Assembly (NCBI GenBank): GCA_009699015.1
Contig: WLOY01000004.1
Span: 1-61,832, forward strand
Direction of reading: 5' to 3'
DNA length: 61,832 bases
DNA from: Actinomycetota bacterium
GTDB lineage: Bacteria > Actinomycetota > Actinomycetes > S36-B12
How positions within the stretch are numbered: position 1 is the stretch's first letter; every line of letters starts with the position of its first letter. The notes under the pieces are model-generated. The model was given only the letters and a program-made list of their open reading frames with translations. It had not been told where the DNA came from and did no database searches. Below, piece after piece: positions 53,527 through 61,832 of the stretch. The position numbers and the translations under genes are program-made.

Positions 53527-54485
53527 GACCCGAGATGTTCCTCGCTGACATCGAGCGGAAGCCAGACGCCCTTGCAGGGCTCGCAGCGAGCCTGGGCCGG
53601 GAGAATTCTTGGGCTGCAACGGCTATCGACCGTGACTCCCACCTTGTTTTCCTCGGAATGGGCTCATCCCACTACGCGAACGGGGTCGCGGCGGCCCGGC
53701 TGCGCGCGGTGGGGGTGAATGCGGTCGCCGAGCTCGCGAGCAGCGACCTGCTGCCGCAGGTTCGGCCGAACACGGTCGTCGTCGCGGTGTCGGCGAGCGG
53801 GGGCTCGGTCGAGACCCTCGATGCCGTGAGCCGGTACCAGGGCAGGTGCCCGGTCGTCGCGATGACGAACACGGCAGGTTCGGACCTGACCCGGGAGGCG
53901 TCGGCCATCCTCATGATGGAGGCCGGTAAGGAGGAGAGCGGCGTCTCTTGCCGCTCCTTCCAGCACACGCTCGCGCTGTTCCTCGCGCTGGAGGCCGAGC
54001 TTGGTCTTGGCCCGAATCCGGCGGCGACGGTTGCCCGGGCTGCTGACGCAACGGCAGACATCCTTGATCGGCGCGCGTCCTGGCTGCCGCGACTGCTCGA
54101 GGAGGCGATCGGCCCCGACGGCACGTACCTGGTCGCCCCGGCACGGCGGATGAGCTCGGCCCAGCAGGGGGCACTCATGCTCCGTGAGACCCCCCGCGTC
54201 CCGGCGGTCGGCTGCGAGACCGGCGACTGGAGTCATGTCGATGTCTATCTCACGAAGACGATCGACTACCGGCTCGTGCTCTTCGCGGGATCGCGCTGGG
54301 AGCCGCAGTTGGTGACATGGGTCGTCGATCGTGGGTCGCGGCTCATCTCGATCGGCCAGGACATGCCGCAGGCGACGCTCGTCATTCGCTACGCGCACGA
54401 TGATGACGAAGAGGTGCGGCTCCTCGCAGAGGTCGGCGTCGCGGAACTCCTTGCCGAGTCGTTGTGGCGGTCAGCGGGGTCGTAG
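53523..54485 (+). CDS. SIS-domain sugar phosphate isomerase/aminotransferase-like protein
   Basis: ATGA overlap with the kinase gene. FLGMGSSHYA and VVAVSASGGSVETLD are SIS motifs. Confidence 0.7.
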   Translation: MRPEMFLADIERKPDALAGLAASLGRENSWAATAIDRDSHLVFLGMGSSHYANGVAAARLRAVGVNAVAELASSDLLPQVRPNTVVVAVSASGGSVETLDAVSRYQGRCPVVAMTNTAGSDLTREASAILMMEAGKEESGVSCRSFQHTLALFLALEAELGLGPNPAATVARAADATADILDRRASWLPRLLEEAIGPDGTYLVAPARRMSSAQQGALMLRETPRVPAVGCETGDWSHVDVYLTKTIDYRLVLFAGSRWEPQLVTWVVDRGSRLISIGQDMPQATLVIRYAHDDDEEVRLLAEVGVAELLAESLWRSAGS

Positions 54486-54488
54486 CGG

Positions 54489-56159
54489 TCAGCGCGGCTG
54501 GACGACGCCGCGCTCTAGGCGGCGCATCATCTTCGGCGTGAGGATGGTCGCGAGCTCATCGGCTGCTCCCACCACCACGAGCAGGTCGCGGGCCCGGCTC
54601 ATCCCGGCGTAGAGAACGCTCCGCGGATCGATCCCCTCGTGGAACCCGTTGACTGCGAGCACGACGACCGGCCGCTCGAGTCCCTTGAATCCGGAGACGG
54701 TGGAGTAGAACACGGTGTGGTCCGACCACAGTCCGTTCCAGTAGGCGACCTTGTCATCGGACTGCAGGAGCTGCTCCGGGTGCCGGTGCTTGGTTGTGAG
54801 CAGGGCAATGTGCTCGGGGAGCCAGCCACCGTGGTCGTGCAGGCTCATGACCATCTCATCGGCGGTGCTCATCACGTCGGCATGGCCCATGACGTCGGCG
54901 GGTTCGCATGGGACGTACTGGACAGGGAACCCGTCGCCCCCCATGGCCGTGACGGGCGAGGTGAGCAGGGGGCGAAAGGTGTCGACGATCTGCCTGGCGT
55001 TGCGAAGGTTCTCATCGAGGACCAGCGGGGTGAGCGGCAGGTCGGGACGACCCTTGCGGTCACTGAAGACGGCCTGCTCGTCATCGCGGAAGACCGCGAG
55101 GCGAAAGGAGTCGGACGCCGCTGACGCGAGCAGTGCCGTCCACCACGAGTCGGCGAAGTCCTGCGCCTCGTCGACGACGAAGGCGGTGAACCGGGTGGAG
55201 GAGTCCAGGGCCCCGGCCGCCTCGGCCATCCGGGCCGGGGCCTCGGCGGTCCAGAAGTCGCCTGGCTCCGCGGGGCCGGGATGGACACCCCATTGGTAGC
55301 CGAGTTGGTGAAAGGTGCCGACATAGGCGGGCTGCTGTGATCTCGGGAGCGTCTGGGTTGCCCGTCGGGCCATCTCGGCAACGCCACGTCCGTATGAGAC
55401 GAAGCAGACGCGCTCGCCGGCCTGTGCCCATCGGCGGGCCTGCTCGATCGCAAGCCAGGTCTTGCCTGTTCCGGCGGATCCGGTGATCTCGATCCGGGGA
55501 TTGTTGCGGACCATGCCCAGGAGGTTTGCCTGTGCTGCGGTGAGTTCGTCGCTGTGGCGAAGCCGGGCCTCGGTGCGTGCGAGGATCTCGTGCTCGCTGT
55601 CGGGTGCCCCGAGCAGCAGGTCGAGCGCGGCAGCGACCCAGCCATCGGCCGGCAGGGGTGTCTGGAACTCCGGTGACCATAGGCGGTCGTAGGCGATTCC
55701 GGCAGCCTCGGGCAGGTCGTCGCGGTCGAGGATGAGATCGCGACGGGCCTCCGGGCCCATCGCGCCGACCACGGTCAGGTAGGGAAACGCGAGCAGCCAC
55801 CCGGCTCGCAGGGCCCCTCGCGACCAGGTGGGCTGGGCCTCGAGGTAGCGCTTGAGGGCGTAGACGCCGTTCCTGGCCTGGGTGACGGGGTGGATCTCAC
55901 GGGAGCCGGAGGCATCATTCTGTCGCCATTGCCCGTCGGTGAACGTGACATGGCCCCCTTTCACTTCAATCACGGCGGCGCCGCAGTCCGGCATGAGGAG
56001 GAGGAGGTCGATCTCGACCTCGCCGTGACGGGGGTCGGTGATTCTCACTCCGTGGAGCAGGACGTCGCCGTCGCGCAGGCGAGCCCGGAGGGCATCCCAG
56101 ACGAGGCGCTCCGAGTCGTCCTCGAAATGCGGATGCTCGGGAATGAGCAGTGCTGGCAT
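54489..56159 (-). CDS. NERD-domain plus SF1 (UvrD/AAA_30-like) helicase/ATPase
   Basis: I prefer ATG 56159 (MPALLIPEHPHF...). The NERD-like core is EIDLLLLMPDCGAAVIEVKGG, Walker A is GSAGTGKT, and the C-terminus carries GFKGLERPVVVL and LYAGMSRARDLLVVV. The ORF track extension to 56999 overlaps the divergent gene. Confidence 0.75.
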   Translation of the reverse strand: MPALLIPEHPHFEDDSERLVWDALRARLRDGDVLLHGVRITDPRHGEVEIDLLLLMPDCGAAVIEVKGGHVTFTDGQWRQNDASGSREIHPVTQARNGVYALKRYLEAQPTWSRGALRAGWLLAFPYLTVVGAMGPEARRDLILDRDDLPEAAGIAYDRLWSPEFQTPLPADGWVAAALDLLLGAPDSEHEILARTEARLRHSDELTAAQANLLGMVRNNPRIEITGSAGTGKTWLAIEQARRWAQAGERVCFVSYGRGVAEMARRATQTLPRSQQPAYVGTFHQLGYQWGVHPGPAEPGDFWTAEAPARMAEAAGALDSSTRFTAFVVDEAQDFADSWWTALLASAASDSFRLAVFRDDEQAVFSDRKGRPDLPLTPLVLDENLRNARQIVDTFRPLLTSPVTAMGGDGFPVQYVPCEPADVMGHADVMSTADEMVMSLHDHGGWLPEHIALLTTKHRHPEQLLQSDDKVAYWNGLWSDHTVFYSTVSGFKGLERPVVVLAVNGFHEGIDPRSVLYAGMSRARDLLVVVGAADELATILTPKMMRRLERGVVQPR

Positions 56160-56339
56160 GTCCCCCCGTTCAAGGTCGTGTCGCGCATCGCCGGTACGAG
56201 CCCGAGGGCACGCTCGGCGCTGTTCAAGCCGGGTGGCCCCCGTCTTGGGTACGGTAGGGCATACGAGGGCCATCCGTACCCGATCCGCGGTCGGTTGGCC
56301 GCAGGCGATTGCCCGCGATGACCGTGGTCGAGAGGGGCG

Positions 56340-57308
56340 GTGGTGGTGAACAGGCAGCTCACCGATGCGCTCGTCTCGGCGGCTGACCGAAACTGGACTG
56401 GCGCGGTGCTGGCTCGCGACAAGAAGACCGGTTCTGAGGCGTCCGTCTACGTCTATGAGGGCGGGATCTACTCCGTCGAGATCGACGATTACGAGCCGAG
56501 TTTCGTCTCCAGGCTCATCGCCGCCGGGCATATCGATGCGGCGCGGCTGGCGTCGGTGCGTCCGAGCCTGGATCGTGACTCGGCTGACCTCATGGTAGGC
56601 CGAATCGTCGTCGACTGCGGCTGGATCTCCGTCGACAGGCTCGCCGACTACCACCGCGAGTACCTGCTCGCTGCCCTTGGTGGGGTGCTCGACTCCCGGT
56701 CCCTGCGGGTCCGGGAGTCGAAGAACGAGGTCACGTCGCGCTGGTGCATCCTTCCAGCGAGAATCGAGGACCTCGTTGCCGAGACCGAGATCCGCAAGAT
56801 CCAGCTTGCGCGGGCATCGTCTGCGCTCGCGGGGGAAGGGCACGCGGGCTCCTGCGTCCTTCGCCCGTTGGGCAGCGCCGCCGCGGTTTCGAATGGCTCC
56901 CCTGAGCTGGACGCCTTCATGCGGGCGACCGATGGCGTGCGCTCGGTCGATGAGGTCGCGGCGATGTGCGGATTCACGCGGGCCGAAGCGGTATTCCATG
57001 CGTCAGTGCTCACGACGGCCGGGGTGGTCGTCCTCGCTGCGATGCCCGAGCCGCCGAAGGAGGTGCGGGCGCTGCGGGTGCCGGAGGAGTTCGGCAGGCT
57101 GACGGTCCGGCCGGGGCTGCCTGATCCCGTCGCGTATCGGCTGCCGTCGCCGACCTTGGGGTCCGCGGAGGCAGGCGAGGTCGTGCCGCCGCGCCGGACT
57201 CCGCGACGATCAGGTGCCTGGGCCGAGACGGTTCCACTCGTTCGGCCCAATGCCCCCCGACGAGACCTCACGACCGAGGTCATCCCGAAGCCACCAGCAC
57301 CCGACTGA
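56340..57308 (+). CDS. DUF4388/PATAN-like domain protein with a Pro-rich tail (paralog of 47265..48035)
   Basis: WTGAVLA...VYVYEGGIYSVEI, WISVDRLADYHREYLLAAL and RSVDEVAAMCGFTRAEAVF. Divergent from the NERD-helicase gene. Confidence 0.6.
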   Translation: MVVNRQLTDALVSAADRNWTGAVLARDKKTGSEASVYVYEGGIYSVEIDDYEPSFVSRLIAAGHIDAARLASVRPSLDRDSADLMVGRIVVDCGWISVDRLADYHREYLLAALGGVLDSRSLRVRESKNEVTSRWCILPARIEDLVAETEIRKIQLARASSALAGEGHAGSCVLRPLGSAAAVSNGSPELDAFMRATDGVRSVDEVAAMCGFTRAEAVFHASVLTTAGVVVLAAMPEPPKEVRALRVPEEFGRLTVRPGLPDPVAYRLPSPTLGSAEAGEVVPPRRTPRRSGAWAETVPLVRPNAPRRDLTTEVIPKPPAPD

Positions 57309-57442
57309 GCGACGCTTGGCGAGCAGGTCCGCTGACCGGACCCTGTTCCTTTGTTCGCGACGATGCTGTTTCCTAGCGTGGGGCCGTCGAACCACTGGAT
57401 GATCTGACGAGACGGACGCAGGGTTCCGCGAGAGGAAGCAGC

Positions 57443-59353
57443 ATGCGAGACGCAAGATTTCTGCCGTTGACTGCCGATGAGATCACGGTGGCGGCGAACA
57501 TCGTCCGCGCTGCCGTGCCCCGACCGGACTCCATCCGGTTCGCGGCGCTCTACTCGCACGAACCGGACAAGCGCGCCCTCCGGGACGGGATAGCGCCCAA
57601 TCGCGAGGCCCGTGCCCTGCTCGTCGATCGCTCGGACGGGACAAGTTGGGACATGGTCGTCGATCTCGACACGAAGTCGGTCGTGCGCTCGGAGAAGGTC
57701 TTGGAGGGCGCCTCACCGGTCCTCACCGAGGAGTTCATGACCATCGGCGCCCGGATCAAGGAGGATCCTCGCTACCAGGCGGCGCTCGCCAAGCGAGGGA
57801 TCACCGACCTCACACTCGTGCAGATTGACCCTTGGGCGATCTCGAACGTGCCGGAGGTCGATACCTCTGACGGCCGACTCTGCAGTTCGGTGTCCTATGT
57901 GCGGCACTTCGAGGACGACAACGGCTACGCCCATCCCATCGAGGGCGTCGTGGCGATCGCCGATCTCACGACGGGTGAGGTGGTCGAGGTCTTCGACTAC
58001 GGCGTCACGCCGATGAACGAGAGTTGCGCGAACTATCTCCCGGAGTTCAACCAGCCGCTGAGGACCGACATAGCGCCGCTCACGATTACGCAGCCGGATG
58101 GCCCGGGATTCACGGTCAACGGGCATGAGATCACTTGGCAGCGCTGGCGGATGAACGCATTCCTCCTCCCGATCGAGGGGCTCATCCTCCAGGGCGTTGA
58201 GTTCCGCGACGGGGAGGAGTGGCGCTCGGTCATGCACCGCGGTGGCTTGAGCGAGATGGTGGTGCCCTACGGCGAGGTGGCCCCGAATCACCTCTGGCGC
58301 TGCGCCTTCGACGCAGGCGAGTTCGGGGTCGGCAAACTGGCGAACTCCCTCACTCTGGGATGCGACTGCCTGGGCGAGATCGTCTACATGGACGCCGTCA
58401 TCGCGTCAGAGATCGGCGAGCCGCACGTCATTCACAACGCAATCTGCATCCACGAGGAGGATGACGGCATCCTGTGGAAGCACACCGACTGGGTGACCGA
58501 CAAGGTTGAAGTCCGCCGTTCACGCCGCCTCGTCGTCAGCTCGATCTCCACGATCGGCAACTACGAGTACGGATTCTTCTGGTACTTCTACCTCGACGGC
58601 ACGATCCAGTTCGAGGCGAAGCTCACCGGGATCATGCAGACGAAGTCGATTGGGGCTGATGCCCTGGACGAGCCAGGAACGAGGATCGGCCCGAACCTCG
58701 TCGCGACCATCCACCAGCACCACTTCTCCTTCCGCCTCGACATGGAGGTCGACGGCTGGCGAAACCGCGTCTACGAGAACGATGTGTACGCCCCGCCGGT
58801 CGGGCCCGGGAACGAGCACGGTAACGCCATCCGGGTACGCAAGACCCTTGCCGAGACCGAGAACACCATCGACGGCATGGTCAACCCACAGGCCGCACGA
58901 AACTGGACGGTCGTGAGCTCGGAACGCACGAATGAGTGGGGCACGCCGACCGGTTACAAGCTGCTGCCCGGCTGGGCGAACTCGGTCCTGTTCGCGCAGT
59001 CGCCTTCGCATGTCGCCGCACGCGCAGGATTCGCCAAGCAGAATGTCTGGGTGACGCCGTACGATCCGAGCCAGATGCGAGCGGCGGGTGACTTCCCGAA
59101 CCAGAACCGCAACCAGCTCGGGCTTCCCGTCTGGGTGCGGGAGGATCGCGCGGTGGCCGATACCGACCTCGTGCTTTGGTACAACCTGGGCGTTACGCAC
59201 ATTCCTCGTGCGGAGGATTGGCCGGTCATGCCCGTCGAACGGGCTGGATTCATGCTTGTCCCGGTGAACTTCTTCGATCGCAACCCGACGATGGACGTGC
59301 CCCCGAGCGAGCCTGTCGGGTGCCATGCCCCGGGCGAGACCTCCTGCCACTGA
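57443..59353 (+). CDS. Copper-containing primary amine oxidase (TPQ cofactor)
   Basis: TPQ consensus in STIGNYEYGFFWYFYLDG. HQHHFSFRLDMEVDG. The C-terminal HIPRAEDWPVMP contains a Cu-ligand histidine. Confidence 0.9.
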   Translation: MRDARFLPLTADEITVAANIVRAAVPRPDSIRFAALYSHEPDKRALRDGIAPNREARALLVDRSDGTSWDMVVDLDTKSVVRSEKVLEGASPVLTEEFMTIGARIKEDPRYQAALAKRGITDLTLVQIDPWAISNVPEVDTSDGRLCSSVSYVRHFEDDNGYAHPIEGVVAIADLTTGEVVEVFDYGVTPMNESCANYLPEFNQPLRTDIAPLTITQPDGPGFTVNGHEITWQRWRMNAFLLPIEGLILQGVEFRDGEEWRSVMHRGGLSEMVVPYGEVAPNHLWRCAFDAGEFGVGKLANSLTLGCDCLGEIVYMDAVIASEIGEPHVIHNAICIHEEDDGILWKHTDWVTDKVEVRRSRRLVVSSISTIGNYEYGFFWYFYLDGTIQFEAKLTGIMQTKSIGADALDEPGTRIGPNLVATIHQHHFSFRLDMEVDGWRNRVYENDVYAPPVGPGNEHGNAIRVRKTLAETENTIDGMVNPQAARNWTVVSSERTNEWGTPTGYKLLPGWANSVLFAQSPSHVAARAGFAKQNVWVTPYDPSQMRAAGDFPNQNRNQLGLPVWVREDRAVADTDLVLWYNLGVTHIPRAEDWPVMPVERAGFMLVPVNFFDRNPTMDVPPSEPVGCHAPGETSCH

Positions 59354-59471
59354 TGCCTCCCCCTGTACGACCGCGGGAAAGTCGCCCATACTGATCCGCT
59401 GAGCGGTCCACAGCGCTGGCCCAACGGTCTGGTGTCACAGAACGATGCGCGAACACGTATTGGGAGGAGGC

Positions 59472-60965
59472 ATGTCGGTGAGGCGTGTCCCCTATGGACC
59501 GGTCGATCCCCTCGCGATGCTCATCGGCGGCGACTGGGTGGTTTCCGGCGATTCCTTTGAGGCGGTAGACCCCAGCACAGGCCAGGCATGGGCGTTGATC
59601 CCCGAGGCCCGGGCGACCCAGGTCGACGCCGCCGTCGAGGCGGCGCGGCGGGCCTTGCCGAGGTGGCGGGCGACGTCGCCTGAAGTGCGGCAGGAGGCCC
59701 TCTGGCGGATTGCGGAGCGCATCGAGTCCACGGACATCGAGATCCCCCTGCTGCTCGCCACCGAGAATGGGCGGCCGATCCGCGAGGCAGCCATCGCCGA
59801 CATCCCCGCCTCGGCCGCCATCTACCGGTTCTTCTCGGGCGCCATCCGCTCGCATCGCGGCGCGACCGTCCCGGTGTCCGACCCGAAGTCCCTCGTCTAT
59901 ACGCATCGCGAGCCGGTGGGCGTGGTCGCGGCCGTCCTCTCCTGGAACTCCCCGCTCATCACGCTTGCGAACAAGATCGCGCCGGCGCTCGCTGTCGGCT
60001 GCACGGTGGTGGTGAAGCCGTCGGAGTACGCCTCTGCGAGCGTTCTCACCTTCCTGCGCATGATCGAGGACCTGCTGCCCCCGGGTGTGTTGAACGTCGT
60101 GACGGGGACGAAGGCGGGGCAGTTCCTGGTCGCGAACCCCGGCATCGACATGATCACGTTCACGGGAGGACCGGCGACAGCCCGGGCGATCCTCGCAAGT
60201 GCGGCGCAGACGATCACCCCGGCACTCATGGAACTCGGCGGAAAGAGCGGGCTCATCGTCGCGGAAGACGCCGACATCGATCGGGCGGTGCAGGATGCGC
60301 TGCTCGGCATCTTTCTCGCCAACGGTGAGGCCTGCATCGCTGCATCGCGGCTCCTCGTCCACGTCGATGTCTACGAGGAGTTCCGCTCGCGATTCGCCGA
60401 GCAGGCGTCACGGATTCGGATCGGCGACGCGAAGGACCCGGCCACGGAGCTCGGCCCGATGGTCTCTGCTCGCCAGCTCGCGATGGTGACGGCCCACCTC
60501 GATCGTGCCCGCGAGGATGGCGTCGGGTTCGTCACGGGCGACGCGCCCCTCGATCTCCCCGAGCACCTGGCCGGCGGATTCTTCCAACGCCCGACGCTGC
60601 TCGAGGATCGCACGGGCTCCTCGCGCATCGCGCAGGAGGAGGTGTTCGGCCCGGTGACCGTGCTCGAGCCGTTCACCTCGTACGAGGATGCCGTCCAGCG
60701 TGTGAACGCCACGGAATACGGCCTCGCTGCGGGGATCTGGACACGTGACCTCGAGCGGGCGCACGGAATCGCTCGTCAGTTGCGCGCCGGTATCGTCTGG
60801 GTGAACAAGTGGTTCGACCTGCCTGCCGGCATGCCTATGGGCGGCGTTGGGAACAGTGGTTTCGGGCGGGAGCTTTCCGTGGAGACCCTCGACCAGTACA
60901 GCACCCTGAAGGCGATCGACGTCGATCTCGGTGCACCGCGGGCGCCGCTTTGGGGCCTGTCATGA
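59472..60965 (+). CDS. NAD(P)-dependent aldehyde dehydrogenase
   Basis: SD GGAGG before ATG 59472. VLSWNSPL, MELGGKSG, FLANGEACIAAS (catalytic Cys) and EEVFGPV. Confidence 0.9.
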   Translation: MSVRRVPYGPVDPLAMLIGGDWVVSGDSFEAVDPSTGQAWALIPEARATQVDAAVEAARRALPRWRATSPEVRQEALWRIAERIESTDIEIPLLLATENGRPIREAAIADIPASAAIYRFFSGAIRSHRGATVPVSDPKSLVYTHREPVGVVAAVLSWNSPLITLANKIAPALAVGCTVVVKPSEYASASVLTFLRMIEDLLPPGVLNVVTGTKAGQFLVANPGIDMITFTGGPATARAILASAAQTITPALMELGGKSGLIVAEDADIDRAVQDALLGIFLANGEACIAASRLLVHVDVYEEFRSRFAEQASRIRIGDAKDPATELGPMVSARQLAMVTAHLDRAREDGVGFVTGDAPLDLPEHLAGGFFQRPTLLEDRTGSSRIAQEEVFGPVTVLEPFTSYEDAVQRVNATEYGLAAGIWTRDLERAHGIARQLRAGIVWVNKWFDLPAGMPMGGVGNSGFGRELSVETLDQYSTLKAIDVDLGAPRAPLWGLS

Positions 60966-61032
60966 CGTGCAACCGCCAAACGGCGACGGCGAACGACCAC
61001 GCCTGCGAAGACAACGTGAATGAGGTGCCCTC

Positions 61033-61832
61033 GTGATCCTGACGTCACTCATCGGCCAAGAGTCCGCGACAGCGCAGTCGCGTGAGCACGAGGTGTCTCG
61101 CAACCCCTCTGATGGATCCGAGTTGTTCACGTTCGCCCACGCCTCGCTTGCCGATGTCGATGACGCGGTGGCCAACGCGCGACGCGGGATGGACATGCCC
61201 GAGTGGCGCGACATCACTCCGGACCATCGCGGGAGGCTGCTATGGCGCGTATCGACGCTCATTGAGGAGCATTCGGACGAACTCGCGCTCATGGATTCGA
61301 ACGATGCGGGCATGCCGCTGGGGATGTCGCGCGGGGTCAATGTTCCGCTGGCCGCTCAGGTATTCCGCTACTACGCGGGATTCGCGACGAAGATCGAGGG
61401 GCGCCTGTCGCAGGTCTCCATCCCGAACACGATGCACTACACGACGCGTGAGCCGATAGGCGTGTGCGCGCTGATCACGCCGTGGAACGTGCCGCTTGCG
61501 ATCGCAGCATGGAAGCTCGCTCCGGCGCTCGCCACCGGGAACACCGCGATCCTCAAGCCTGCGGAGCAGGCGGTCTGGTCGACCTGGCGGCTGGTCGAGA
61601 TCTGCCGCGAGGCCGGCATTCCCGGGGAGGTCGTCCAGGTTCTGCTCGGGGGCCCCGAGATCGGGCAGGCGCTCGTCCGTCATCGTGGTGTCGACAAGGT
61701 CTCGTTTACCGGATCCACCGAGGTCGGCTGCCAGATCGTCGCCGATGTCGCGCCGACCCTGAAGCGGGTGAGCCTTGAGCTCGGGGGAAAGGCGCCGAGC
61801 ATCGTCACTGCCTCGGCCGACATGGACCAGGC
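61033..61832 (+). CDS. Second aldehyde dehydrogenase (3' end beyond the window)
   Basis: GTG 61033 follows GAGGTG. The frame is open to the window end and is absent from the ORF track because it has no stop. EPIGVCALITPWNVPL, FTGSTEVG and LELGGKAPSIV. Confidence 0.85.
   Translation, partial: MILTSLIGQESATAQSREHEVSRNPSDGSELFTFAHASLADVDDAVANARRGMDMPEWRDITPDHRGRLLWRVSTLIEEHSDELALMDSNDAGMPLGMSRGVNVPLAAQVFRYYAGFATKIEGRLSQVSIPNTMHYTTREPIGVCALITPWNVPLAIAAWKLAPALATGNTAILKPAEQAVWSTWRLVEICREAGIPGEVVQVLLGGPEIGQALVRHRGVDKVSFTGSTEVGCQIVADVAPTLKRVSLELGGKAPSIVTASADMDQ

Noticed and set aside
52327-53619. 430-aa minus-strand ORF opposite the maltokinase-like gene, and the 370-aa ORF 59250..60362 opposite the aldehyde dehydrogenase.
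   Set aside because: Both are antisense shadows of genes with clear catalytic motifs, and both are Arg/Gly/Pro-rich.
56160-56999. N-terminal 280 codons of the 836-aa ORF 54489..56999.
   Set aside because: This part lies antisense to the 56340 PATAN-like gene and is R/P/D-rich. The NERD domain begins right after the internal ATG at 56159.

Overview
High-GC, actinobacterial-looking chromosome segment; the taxon is inferred from composition and gene content, not from a search. Many long antisense shadow ORFs are ignored. Two large modules dominate. (1) About nt 1682-22751 is a phage-tail-like contractile injection system (CIS/eCIS) locus. It holds a DUF4255 cap, an Afp15/Pvc15-like AAA+ ATPase and a PAAR-like DUF4280 protein. 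A translationally coupled structural operon follows: sheath, tube, chaperone-like gene, DUF4157 tape-measure-position protein, tube-initiator/LysM, VgrG-like spike, gp25, baseplate J and gpI-like. The operon ends in a double-zinc-ribbon membrane protein with a discoidin-like ectodomain, and a convergent FN3 membrane protein follows. The most unusual items here are: an orphan ~765-aa Gly/Ala-zipper protein divergent from the ATPase (candidate cargo/effector); a start-less conserved small ORF in the -1 frame at a G5 run between the chaperone and tape-measure genes (candidate programmed frameshift); and 81-bp in-frame repeats in the tape-measure-position gene. (2) About nt 29933-51971 is a secretin-less (Gram-positive type) type IVa pilus locus. 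It holds three pilin-like genes, pilMNO, pilT-like/pilB/pilT/pilC, pilA and pilD. Interleaved with these are an L,D-transpeptidase, a divergent sigma-70-like gene, a DUF4388/PATAN-like gene (with a paralog at 56340) and a TadZ/CpaE-like ParA ATPase operon with unknown partners. A GTCCGAAAC motif recurs upstream of three pilus transcription units. Between the two modules lie a decayed, frame-broken stretch, a lipoprotein, a DEAD-box helicase and a degenerate GGDEF/EAL membrane protein. The 3' end carries maltokinase-like, SIS, NERD-helicase, copper amine oxidase and two aldehyde dehydrogenase genes. No rRNA, complete tRNA, CRISPR array or intact transposase was seen. All family names come from motif recognition by eye and need database confirmation.
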